Assembly (NCBI GenBank): GCA_965279035.1
Contig: OZ257142.1
Location: forward strand, 2,208,001 to 2,272,000
Direction: 5' to 3'
DNA length: 64,000 nt
Source of the DNA: Bacteroidia bacterium
GTDB taxonomy: Bacteria > Bacteroidota > Bacteroidia > M30B66
Numbering within the stretch: position 1 is the first letter of the stretch; each line of letters opens with the position of its first letter. The notes under the pieces are model-generated. The model made no database searches and was not told the origin of the DNA. It worked only from the letters and a program-made list of their open reading frames with translations. Positions 29,841 through 39,111 of this stretch are shown here, one piece after another. A program made the translations under genes and the position numbers.

Positions 29841-29956
29841 ATTGGATCATGATTTCAAGATACGCGAAACAGTTTAACCAAATGTATCAAAACAAGCGAA
29901 ATGATTTATTCATCAATATGACTTAAAAAATGAAAATGCCTGTGTAATGTAAATTG
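29841..29956. repeat. Degenerate ~120-bp repeat, copy A
   Basis: Aligns by eye with 33386-33508 (TAC.CGAAAC.GTT.AACC.AAT...GAAATG.TTTATTCA...ATGCCTG.GTA.TG.AA.TT). Confidence 0.6.
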
Positions 29957-30273
29957 CCTTTTTGATGTGAGTTTTGTTTCAACTACAATCGGTTAACGCA
30001 TATTTCAATGAAATAAACGTTTTCAAACTTTCTACATTTCTTGTAAAAAGATGCTATTCCAATTTCTCAAATTCTTTTTAACGCTCACACGCAAATCTTT
30101 ATTCAATTGACAATGGCTAGAATCTATTGGCATTCCTAAATAAATCTATAAGAAAAACGCTATTTAATTCTTCAGTTGTCCACTTTCAAATGATATTAAG
30201 GGGTATATCAACCCTATTTTGAGAAAGGTATTATACTATTTTTACTTTATTTCATTCTCATGATTCTCAGCAC

Positions 30274-33200
30274 ATGAAAAAATATCTGTTTCCAATTCTT
30301 ATCATACTAACTTTTTCAGCAGGAATCAATGCTCAATCACCTCAGCTTGAATGGAATCGTGAACTAATAGCAAATTCATTCAGTCAAAGTCTCGAATGTG
30401 TTATTGCCGATTCACAGGGAAATGTTTATACGGTGCTGCAAAACCAGGGCGACATTGATATGGATCCCGGAACCGATACCTTTTTTATTCACCAGTCTCC
30501 AATCTTTACAGACAATCACCTGATGTTCTCTAAGCTCGATTCAATGGGGCAGTTTGTCTGGGGAAAACAACTTGGAGGAGCTTGGGAACCCGATATCACA
30601 ATCGACAACTCTGGCAACTTTTACATCACTGGAGGATTTATCGAAGCCGCAGACTTCGACCCCGATACCAGTAGCTATATATTAAATGCCTTGATTACTG
30701 GAGGATTGAATTACGAAGATATTTTCGTGCTGAAACTAGATCCTGATGGGAACTTTCTATGGGTGAAGCAAATTGGAAATACAAGTCAGGACAGAGGTCG
30801 CACAGTTAGGACAGACGCAAACGGGAACGTTTATGTTTATGGTGAATTCAACGGTTCAGTGGATTTTGATCCCGGTGCAGGAGTTGAAATAATTTCATCA
30901 GGCGCCACTGGAGGATTGTTTCTATTGAAGCTTACTTCTACAGGAAATTTCGGATGGGTAAAAACATTGTCTTCCCCAGCTTGGATTAACCCTGGTCGTA
31001 TGGAAACAGACGCTTCAGGCAATTTTTTTATGACTGGAAAATTCGGAGGAACGGTTGATTTTGATCCCGATACAACAGTGAATGTTAAGACATCTGTGGG
31101 CAATTCGGATATTTTCGTGTTGAAGTTTGATGCAAACGGTGCATTTGATTGGGTTGCTACATTTGGAGGCACTTTGGCTGACGAAGGGATTGGAATTTCT
31201 GTAGATCATCTGGGCAATGTTTTAACTACAGGTGTGTTCAGAGGAACTTGTGATTTTGAACCCGGTCTTGGAACTGTGGATCTTTCAGCACTCGGCGACG
31301 GCGATATCTTTATTTCCAAACTCTCACCACAGGGTACTTACATATGGGCAAAACGGGTTGGTGGAAATGGTGGCGCTGGAAGTTCTCTGGCATACGATGT
31401 AGGAAGTTCTATCAAAGCCGACCGACAAGGGAATGTACTTTACGGTGGACGTTTTGTGGGAACGGTTGATTTCGATCCGGGTAGCGGCGTTTTCGACGTA
31501 ATTGCGCTTGGTACAGCTGATGGTTTCATCTCTAAACTAGATGCAGGTGGAAATTTTCTCTGGGTTTCGCATACAGGTGGAAACTCACAGAGCACTCCAC
31601 TTTCCGATAGATGTTCATCTGTTTTCATTGACAATTTGGGGAAAATTTATGCGGCCGGAGTCTTAGCAACGGGTACTTGGGGAGTATATTCAGGAAACGA
31701 TAGCTTGCAAGATTCTGGAAATCAACCAGGCTATTTTATTCAGAAATGGAATGATGCTGGAAATCATCAAGTGTTGTGTTCAGGCTTTGGAGTAGTTGCT
31801 GACAGTGTTTCTGATATTTCTTGTTCAGGTGAGGGAACGATTTATATGCATGCTATTTATGGTACTCAACCTTACCAGTATTCTTGGCTGCCATTTGCCG
31901 GAAATCAAAATCAGATTTCTGTTTCATCTGCAGGTATTTACACACTCACGGTTTCCGATTCGAATAGTTGTGTTGCTACTTCAACGGTACTTGTCAATGC
32001 TCCGGTTTCACTAACTAATTTCGATGCAGGAGTAAATGCACTTGCGAACTCATACATACGCGGCGCCTACACTTGGATTAGCCTAGATGCATTTAATAAT
32101 GGCTGTACGCCTGTTTCGGGAAATCTACAATACTTCTACGACAGTCATTTGCAGTTTATCAGCGCTGTACCACCTCCCGATTTCATTGGCGCCAATACCT
32201 TATCATGGAATTTTACTGATTTATCTTACGATTCACCCCATTTGATGCCTTTACTCCGAATGAAAGTTGACAGTACAATACTTGTCGGAACTGAAATTTG
32301 TTTTACAGCTTCGATCGGTTCACTAGCAGGTGATGTGGATTCTAGCAATAATTCAATATCATATTGCTCTAATGTTGTGAGTTCATACGATCCGAATTAC
32401 ATCTCAGTTTTCCCAGCAGGGAAATGTGTTCCAGCTTATGTTGATGCCAACGAGCGACTTACCTATACAATCCGATTTCAGAATACAGGAACGTATCAGG
32501 CAGAAAACATCTATTTGATCGACTCACTTCCATCAGCGCTCAACATGAATTCTGTGAGAGTAACTGGACAAAGTCACGAATCGATACTAACGGAAATTCT
32601 TCCAGGAAATGTTCTGAAATTCAGGTTCGATGATATTTATTTACCTGATAGTGCTACTAATGAATCGGCCAGTCATGGATATGTTTCGTTTGATGTGTTG
32701 CCGGTTAACGGAGTTGCCGATGGTACTGAAATCTCCAACAAAGCCGGAATTTATTTTGATTTTAATGATCCAGTTTATACAAACACCGTTTCAAATACCC
32801 TTATTGCTGAAATTCCTATGGTTAACACCGATGTGGTTCAGTCAAATCTAACACTTACTGCCACGGCAAGCGGAGTTACATATCAATGGATCGATTGCAG
32901 CAACCAAAATCAACCCATTGAAGGTGAAACGAGTCAGACATTTCAGGCACCCTTAAATGGCAACTATGCTGTGATTATTTCCGACGGCATTTGCGAAGGT
33001 ACTTCCACATGTTACAGTACAACCTTATTAGGTTTAATCTCATCTCCATCAAACATCCTTTCAATTTATCCGAATCCTTCAGAAAGGGGCTCACTGGTAA
33101 TAGAAGCGTTAGGACTAAATGGACCTTTTCAAATCGAAGTTTTAACTGTTACTGGTCAAACAATTTTGAGCAAATCATCTAACGGAATTGAGAAGACCAT

Positions 33201-33291
33201 CCTAGAATTGCCGGATGTTGCAGGTATTTATTTCATTAAAGCAGTAAAGGAGAATCGGTTAATTTCTGTTTCTAGGGTAATCAGAAACTGA
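30274..33291 (+). CDS. SBBP-type beta-propeller repeat protein with Ig-like domains and T9SS type A CTD
   Basis: Repeated 'GxFxGTVDFDP...DIFVxKLDxxGxFxW'; 'SYDPN...LTYTIRFQNTGT...IYFDFN' domain; CTD 'IYPNPS'. Confidence 0.9.
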   Translation: MKKYLFPILIILTFSAGINAQSPQLEWNRELIANSFSQSLECVIADSQGNVYTVLQNQGDIDMDPGTDTFFIHQSPIFTDNHLMFSKLDSMGQFVWGKQLGGAWEPDITIDNSGNFYITGGFIEAADFDPDTSSYILNALITGGLNYEDIFVLKLDPDGNFLWVKQIGNTSQDRGRTVRTDANGNVYVYGEFNGSVDFDPGAGVEIISSGATGGLFLLKLTSTGNFGWVKTLSSPAWINPGRMETDASGNFFMTGKFGGTVDFDPDTTVNVKTSVGNSDIFVLKFDANGAFDWVATFGGTLADEGIGISVDHLGNVLTTGVFRGTCDFEPGLGTVDLSALGDGDIFISKLSPQGTYIWAKRVGGNGGAGSSLAYDVGSSIKADRQGNVLYGGRFVGTVDFDPGSGVFDVIALGTADGFISKLDAGGNFLWVSHTGGNSQSTPLSDRCSSVFIDNLGKIYAAGVLATGTWGVYSGNDSLQDSGNQPGYFIQKWNDAGNHQVLCSGFGVVADSVSDISCSGEGTIYMHAIYGTQPYQYSWLPFAGNQNQISVSSAGIYTLTVSDSNSCVATSTVLVNAPVSLTNFDAGVNALANSYIRGAYTWISLDAFNNGCTPVSGNLQYFYDSHLQFISAVPPPDFIGANTLSWNFTDLSYDSPHLMPLLRMKVDSTILVGTEICFTASIGSLAGDVDSSNNSISYCSNVVSSYDPNYISVFPAGKCVPAYVDANERLTYTIRFQNTGTYQAENIYLIDSLPSALNMNSVRVTGQSHESILTEILPGNVLKFRFDDIYLPDSATNESASHGYVSFDVLPVNGVADGTEISNKAGIYFDFNDPVYTNTVSNTLIAEIPMVNTDVVQSNLTLTATASGVTYQWIDCSNQNQPIEGETSQTFQAPLNGNYAVIISDGICEGTSTCYSTTLLGLISSPSNILSIYPNPSERGSLVIEALGLNGPFQIEVLTVTGQTILSKSSNGIEKTILELPDVAGIYFIKAVKENRLISVSRVIRN

Positions 33292-33385
33292 TCGGTTTTG
33301 ATTCTTTTTATGTTAAGTTTCTAGTAATCTGAGATTGCATTTTCTACTAAAATATTGTTTTTATAATTTCAGTAAACATGCTTGT

Positions 33386-33508
33386 ATTGGTCCGGCAATT
33401 TGCGATTACACGAAACTGTTGAACCCAATTTAAAAACTAGAGAAATGTTTTATTCAGAATTGTCCTTTAGAACGAATATGCCTGCGTATTGCAATTTATT
33501 TGTTAAGT
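33386..33508. repeat. Degenerate ~120-bp repeat, copy B
   Basis: Similar to 29841-29956 in the same orientation; ends in GTTAAGT (matches GTTRRRY). Confidence 0.6.
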
Positions 33509-33804
33509 GTCGTACAGATTGGAAAAGCTAACATTTATTTTCCCCGTCAAACTTCCCTTACCAAATGTAAATTCCTTGGTGAACTTAAAATAAGGGGAGA
33601 TTTTTCGATGGTCACGTTGCTATAATCTTAACCGTATTCTTTTTCATCGGGCAGACTGATTTTCTTTAAAATGAAATATGTTTTTAAAATGAAATTATTA
33701 CTGAAGGATAATTCATTTTCAATGGATAAAAAACGTTTCAAGATTAAAATCAAATAATATATTTAGCGAAAGAATAAATAAAGCATGTTTTCGTTTTCAA
33801 TTTC

Positions 33805-34488
33805 ATGCAATTCAAATTTCTATTTTATTTAATCATTTTATTTCTATTTACCACAACAATATCTGCTCAAGGAATCATCAATAAAACAGCTCATATTGCT
33901 TATTATCACAATCAAATTGAATGGAATAAATTCAATGGATTCGCACTATCTGGATCATTAGATATTCATCGGAAAAAGAATAGAAAAACCGAATTGTCGC
34001 TAGGGTTTCAGTATAAACAAACATGGAAGAGTCAGCAATTCAGCAATCCATACGATACCGTTCAAAGTGCTATGGAAAATCCTACATATCCAATATGGCC
34101 ATATGAACGAACCATTTTAACCAAAGAAATAGCATTCCTTTTCGGACTTAAATGGAAATTAGTTCAACGCAAATACTACTCTTTAAAAGCTTCTATAGGA
34201 TTAATCGGCAATTATTATTTGCAATACCGTATGCATGGCTATGGCTATATTCCAGTTTCGCCAATTAGTCCTATGTATTCACCTGATCCTTTTCCCTTTC
34301 GTTACAGTTACAAAGGGAAAGGCAATCCCGAGTCATTCAGTTTTTGTTCCTATGCTTCGATAGAACTTGCTATTGGATCCTCAAAAAACAAGTACCTACC
34401 CGTATTAGTGGGGCAAATATGCAAAGATGTTTTATATGAAAATTGGTGTTATTTAATTGGATTAGGAATAAAGACGAATAGAAAATAG
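33805..34488 (+). CDS. Hypothetical exported protein, possibly an outer-membrane beta-barrel
   Basis: Signal peptide (ISAQ); alternating hydrophobic strands; C-terminal 'YLIGLGIK'. Confidence 0.6.
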   Translation: MQFKFLFYLIILFLFTTTISAQGIINKTAHIAYYHNQIEWNKFNGFALSGSLDIHRKKNRKTELSLGFQYKQTWKSQQFSNPYDTVQSAMENPTYPIWPYERTILTKEIAFLFGLKWKLVQRKYYSLKASIGLIGNYYLQYRMHGYGYIPVSPISPMYSPDPFPFRYSYKGKGNPESFSFCSYASIELAIGSSKNKYLPVLVGQICKDVLYENWCYLIGLGIKTNRK

Positions 34489-34584
34489 ATTACGAATTAA
34501 CAATTACAAATCTAATTCTCTCTACTAAATTCTTTTTACTCTATACTTTTTACTTTATACTCTCTACTGCTCTATCTTTATCCC

Positions 34585-35640
34585 ATGGAAGATCAATCGC
34601 CAAAGCGAAGTCGACGTGTGCGTTATTCAGGGACACATCCCAAAGCGTTTAAGGAGAAATACAAGGAATTACAACCTGAACATTACGCCGATGATGTAGC
34701 GAAGGTAATGCAGCAGGGAAGAACCCCAGCAGGAATGCATCGTTCTATTTGTGTGAACGAAATCATGGAATTTTTGCAACTCCAACCGGGACAAATTGGA
34801 ATGGATGCCACTTTAGGTTATGGTGGACATAGTTTGGAAATTCTAAAACGTATCACACCAGGAGGAAAGTTGTATGCCGTGGATGTTGATCCATTTGAAC
34901 TTCCTCGCACGCGTGAACGATTGGCTGCCCAAGGCTTTGGAGAAGATGTGCTTTGTATTCTAAAGATGAATTTTGCTGAAATCGATCAGATTATTGCAAT
35001 GGCGGGAAAACTGAATTTCGTCATGGCTGATTTAGGTGTTTCATCTATGCAGATTGATAATCCTGATCGGGGATTTTCCTTTAAAGTAGAAGGGCCGCTC
35101 GACTTACGACTCAACCCGAAAAGCGGTAAACCTGTTTCTGCTTTTTTGAAGACCGTAACACAATCAAAACTTGAAGAAATATTGCAACTTAATTCCGATG
35201 AGCCACATGCTGCGCTGATTTCTAAACTTATCGTTTCGAAAATTACTAGTGGTAAACCCATCGAAACGACAACTCAATTACAACAAACAATTCAAGAAGC
35301 AATCTCTTTTATTCCAGCTGAAACGCAAAAGGAAGAAGTGAAGAAAGCGTGTCAACGTTGTTTTCAAGCATTAAGAATTGAAGTGAACAATGAGTTTGGT
35401 GTACTTGATAAATTCTTAGATAAACTTCCTGCAGCGCTTCAACCTGGTGGACGAATAGCCATACTTTCCTTTCATTCGGGTGAAGATAGGCGGGTAAAAA
35501 AGTCCTTTCAACAGAATCTTCGATTAGGTATTTATAGTGCTATTTCGGAAGAACCAATTCGTCCAAGTGCCGAAGAATCATTTACTAATCCCCGAGCTCG
35601 TTCGGCAAAATTGCGTTGGGCTATCCTGAACTCGGAATGA
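34585..35640 (+). CDS. rsmH: RsmH/MraW family SAM-dependent methyltransferase (probable paralog)
   Basis: 'DATLGYGGHS', 'DLGVSSMQID...RGFSF...GPLDLR', 'FQALRIEVN', 'SFHSGEDRRVK', 'NPRARSAKLR'. Confidence 0.88.
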   Translation: MEDQSPKRSRRVRYSGTHPKAFKEKYKELQPEHYADDVAKVMQQGRTPAGMHRSICVNEIMEFLQLQPGQIGMDATLGYGGHSLEILKRITPGGKLYAVDVDPFELPRTRERLAAQGFGEDVLCILKMNFAEIDQIIAMAGKLNFVMADLGVSSMQIDNPDRGFSFKVEGPLDLRLNPKSGKPVSAFLKTVTQSKLEEILQLNSDEPHAALISKLIVSKITSGKPIETTTQLQQTIQEAISFIPAETQKEEVKKACQRCFQALRIEVNNEFGVLDKFLDKLPAALQPGGRIAILSFHSGEDRRVKKSFQQNLRLGIYSAISEEPIRPSAEESFTNPRARSAKLRWAILNSE

Positions 35641-35646
35641 ATCCAT

Positions 35647-35654
35647 TAAATTTG
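35647..35654 (+). promoter_or_regulatory. Bacteroidota -7 promoter element for the metal cluster
   Basis: TAAATTTG 15 bp before the ATG at 35670. Confidence 0.45.
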
Positions 35655-35669
35655 TTCAACATTTAAAAA

Positions 35670-35891
35670 ATGAAATCAATTCAATTTAGTACGAATATAA
35701 ATTGTGGAAGCTGTGTGAGAGCTGTAACTCCTACATTGAATCAACTTGCTGGTAAAGGAAATTGGAGTGTTGATACCGAAAATCCTCAAAAAATTTTAAC
35801 TCTTATTCAAGACAATCTCGATGAAAATCGCGTTATTCAAGAATTGAAATTCCTTGGTTATACCGCAAATCCAATCCAAGCACTGGTTTAA
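35670..35891 (+). CDS. Heavy-metal-associated (HMA) domain protein
   Basis: 'TNINCGSCV' CxxC motif, 73 aa, no signal peptide. Confidence 0.88.
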   Translation: MKSIQFSTNINCGSCVRAVTPTLNQLAGKGNWSVDTENPQKILTLIQDNLDENRVIQELKFLGYTANPIQALV

Positions 35892-36269
35892 ATGTTTAAG
35901 CGAATCCTACTTATTCCCATTTTATTGCTTTACTTAATCAGTATTGCAGGAATTCGTATGCAAGCGCATTATTGTCACCAAGAATTTAGCGAACTCAGTT
36001 TTAATCCATTTCACCAAGCTGAGTGCGGATGTTCAAAAGAAGAAAAGTCCTGCTGTGATGATGCTCAATTTCTACTTCAAATTACTACAGTCTATGCACC
36101 ATCACCAGTCATTACAACACCCGATGTGCAATTGATTTCTTCAATCATCTCCAGCTTTGAAGAATTCCATTTTCAATCAATCACACCAATCCAACCCAAT
36201 CCTTTTTGTTTCTCCAACGAATTTCCTCCTCCAGATAAAATAGTTTCTTGCAGACAATTCAAGATTTGA
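35892..36269 (+). CDS. HYC_CC_PP family protein
   Basis: N-terminal hydrophobic segment, HYC, 'SCCDD', late 'PPP'. Confidence 0.82.
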   Translation: MFKRILLIPILLLYLISIAGIRMQAHYCHQEFSELSFNPFHQAECGCSKEEKSCCDDAQFLLQITTVYAPSPVITTPDVQLISSIISSFEEFHFQSITPIQPNPFCFSNEFPPPDKIVSCRQFKI

Positions 36270-36320
36270 GATAAAGAAATCCTAACTGATTTTAATTCAT
36301 TCATCTCAACTCTTCAACTC

Positions 36321-36674
36321 ATGAAAACCATTTTATTATCGGGTATTTTTACCCTATTTTTCCTTTCAAGCAATGCACAAGTAATTTCTGAAACTCTTTT
36401 AGTAGCGGGCAATTGCGAAATGTGTAAAAAACACATTGAAACAGCTGTCGATCTAAAAGGTGTTAAAAAAGCAAGCTGGGATTCTAATACGAAACAGCTT
36501 GCAATCCAATACGATTCAAAGAAAATATCTAGGGATAAAATCATATCAGCCATATCTGAAGCGGGCTACGATTCCGAATGGATGAAAGCCGATTCGGCTG
36601 CCTATCAGAAATTAGATAAATGCTGTCAATTCGAGCGAATAGAACCAACAAAAAAAGAATCCGGAAAACCCTAA
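36321..36674 (+). CDS. Exported HMA-domain metal-binding protein
   Basis: Signal peptide; 'GNCEMCKKHIE'; 'AYQKLDKCCQFER'. Confidence 0.88.
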   Translation: MKTILLSGIFTLFFLSSNAQVISETLLVAGNCEMCKKHIETAVDLKGVKKASWDSNTKQLAIQYDSKKISRDKIISAISEAGYDSEWMKADSAAYQKLDKCCQFERIEPTKKESGKP

Positions 36675-36718
36675 ATTCATTTCCGATTTGTGATGGATTT
36701 TATTCAATTTCAAGAATC

Positions 36719-38950
36719 ATGAAAACACATGCCATCTTTGTGCTGTTTTTCTTTTTTCTTACTACACATTTATCGTCCCAAACCATTGAGGGGAAAGTGT
36801 TGCAGGAAGAAGAAGATAGAACTATTTCGCCTGTTTATAATGCTACAATTTATTGGCAAGGAACTTCCACTTCCACACAAAGCGATAGTTTAGGTTTTTT
36901 TCAAATTCAAGATCTTCACCTAAATTCTAAACTAATTATTTCATACACAGGCTTTATTGCTGATACGCTTACTCTTTCTGCCAACGATTCCATTACCGTA
37001 AAACTGCATTCTAAAACGCATCTTAAAACGGTTGAGATTAGTGTTCGTCAATCATCAACCTACTTATCTTCTTTAAATCCAATCAACACCGAAATACTCA
37101 CTACAGCCGAATTAAATAAAGCTGCTTGTTGCAATTTATCGGAGAGTTTTGAAACCAATAATTCGGTTGATGTCAGTAGCACAGATGCTGTAACTGGAAC
37201 CAAGAAAATTACCATGCTTGGTTTGTCGGGAATCTACACACAAATCACTCAAGAGAATCTACCTTCACTTCGTGGATTGCTTGGCAGTTCTGGATTACAG
37301 CAATTGCCAGGAACCTGGATTGAATCCATACAAATTAGCAAAGGTGTTGGTTCAGTGGCGAATGGTTTTGAATCGATAACAGGTCAAATCAACATCGAAT
37401 TAAAGAAGCCTTTTGATAAAGAAACATTCATGCTGAACGGCTATTTCAATCAAATGAATCGTTCCGAATTGAACTTGAATAAATCAATTATCCTGAATAA
37501 AAAATGGGCAACCTTGCTTTTTGTTCATGGCGATTACATGAAAAATCCCATTGATCGGAATAAGGATAAATTCATGGATGTTCCCGATGGAAATCAATGG
37601 AATGTGCTTAATCGCTGGATGTATCGAAGTGGTAAAAATTTATCTGCACAGTTTGGAGTTCAAGCAGTTGGCGACAAACGACGCTCAGGAACAGCGCATC
37701 AAGGAACTGCTTTCGATGTAGTGCATGATTGGCGCTTTAACAAAGAAGTTTACCGTATAGATGCATTTGGAAAACTCGGATATATTTTTCCTCAAAAGCC
37801 CAATACAAGCATCGGATTTTTAGGGAATACGCAAGTAAACCGACAAAGGACAGTTCTCGGAAATCGTTGGTACGACGCAGATCAGCAAAGTGCTTATGGA
37901 AGTATTATTTTTCAAAGCTATTTCGGAAATTCAAATCATAAATACCGTCTCGGAACAAATGTCCAATACGATCGAATGGAAGAGTATTTTAGCGGGCAGC
38001 CATTTCTTCGGAAAGAATTTGTTGCAGGTGCCTTTTTCGAATACACGTTAACTGCTGGTAAATCGGTTATTGTTGGTGGAATTCGAGCCGATCATAATTC
38101 ACTCTTTGGAAGTTTTATCACGCCACGTTTACACTATAAATACCAAGTATCAGAGAAAACAACGTTTCGCATTTCGGGTGGAAGAGGACAGAGAACAGCT
38201 AATATTATTGAAGAAAACCTTTCCTATTTAGTAAGTTCTCGTTTGCTCATTCTTCAGCAAAATCAAGCTGCATTGGGCAAAGCCTATGGGTTCTTACCTG
38301 AAATAGCTTGGAATAGCGGAATAGGAATGAATACCTCATTCACTATTTTCGGACAAGAAGGAAGCATTTCAGCTGATGTATTTGAAACCTGGTTTCAGCG
38401 TCAAGTTGTTATTGACGTAGACAATTCCCCTCATCAATTAAGAATATATAATCTTGATGGGAAATCACAAGCAATCAGTTCGCAAGTCGACTACAATCAA
38501 GCAATCGGGCGCCGTTTCGACTTACGTATTTCCTATAAATACACCTATACACAAACCCAATATCTAATTGGAAATCGTTCACGGCCTTTTGTATCTCCGC
38601 ATCGTGCAATCCTAAATCTTGCATTTCATTCACGTCAAGATAAATGGTTGATCGACTTTACTGCAAATTATATCAGCTCTAAACGGCTTCCTTCAAGTGC
38701 TTCCAATCCTTCGGCTTTTCAAATGCCTCTGAATTCGCCCAATTATGTCTTAGATAACACGCAAATCACTCGGAATATTAAACGTTGGTCATTCTATATA
38801 GGAGTTGAAAATTTATTGGATGTATATCAACTGCAGATGATTGTTTCACCCGATGATCCACATTCCCAATATTTCGATGCTTCCTATATCTGGGGACCCA
38901 ATTTTGGACGCATGATTTACACTGGATTTCGATTTAAAATCGCTTCCTAA
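36719..38950 (+). CDS. TonB-dependent receptor, metal-associated type
   Basis: Probable start at 36719 (signal peptide MKTHAIFVLFFFF...SQ); plug 'KAACCNLSESFETN'; C-terminal 'YTGFRFKI'. Confidence 0.9.
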   Translation: MKTHAIFVLFFFFLTTHLSSQTIEGKVLQEEEDRTISPVYNATIYWQGTSTSTQSDSLGFFQIQDLHLNSKLIISYTGFIADTLTLSANDSITVKLHSKTHLKTVEISVRQSSTYLSSLNPINTEILTTAELNKAACCNLSESFETNNSVDVSSTDAVTGTKKITMLGLSGIYTQITQENLPSLRGLLGSSGLQQLPGTWIESIQISKGVGSVANGFESITGQINIELKKPFDKETFMLNGYFNQMNRSELNLNKSIILNKKWATLLFVHGDYMKNPIDRNKDKFMDVPDGNQWNVLNRWMYRSGKNLSAQFGVQAVGDKRRSGTAHQGTAFDVVHDWRFNKEVYRIDAFGKLGYIFPQKPNTSIGFLGNTQVNRQRTVLGNRWYDADQQSAYGSIIFQSYFGNSNHKYRLGTNVQYDRMEEYFSGQPFLRKEFVAGAFFEYTLTAGKSVIVGGIRADHNSLFGSFITPRLHYKYQVSEKTTFRISGGRGQRTANIIEENLSYLVSSRLLILQQNQAALGKAYGFLPEIAWNSGIGMNTSFTIFGQEGSISADVFETWFQRQVVIDVDNSPHQLRIYNLDGKSQAISSQVDYNQAIGRRFDLRISYKYTYTQTQYLIGNRSRPFVSPHRAILNLAFHSRQDKWLIDFTANYISSKRLPSSASNPSAFQMPLNSPNYVLDNTQITRNIKRWSFYIGVENLLDVYQLQMIVSPDDPHSQYFDASYIWGPNFGRMIYTGFRFKIAS

Positions 38951-39111
38951 AATTTCGAATACAGCAATCATTTCTTAAGCAGTCGAATTGGCATTTCGTT
39001 TTTCAACGAAGCGCCAGAATGGCTGATAATGAAGGGCTTTCCTGACAATTTTACGATATTCGATAGAGGGCTGTATTGTTGCAAAGGGCAGTTCGACATA
39101 AATTATTTCAC

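Noticed and set aside
34488-34580. Short AATTAC(G/A)AAT and TACTCT/TACTTT reiterations
   Set aside because: Low-complexity degenerate microrepeats with no repeat-spacer periodicity; not a CRISPR array.
36620-36718. Overlap suggesting an HMA-TonB receptor frameshift fusion
   Set aside because: The receptor has its own ATG and signal peptide at 36719; the upstream extension is incidental.
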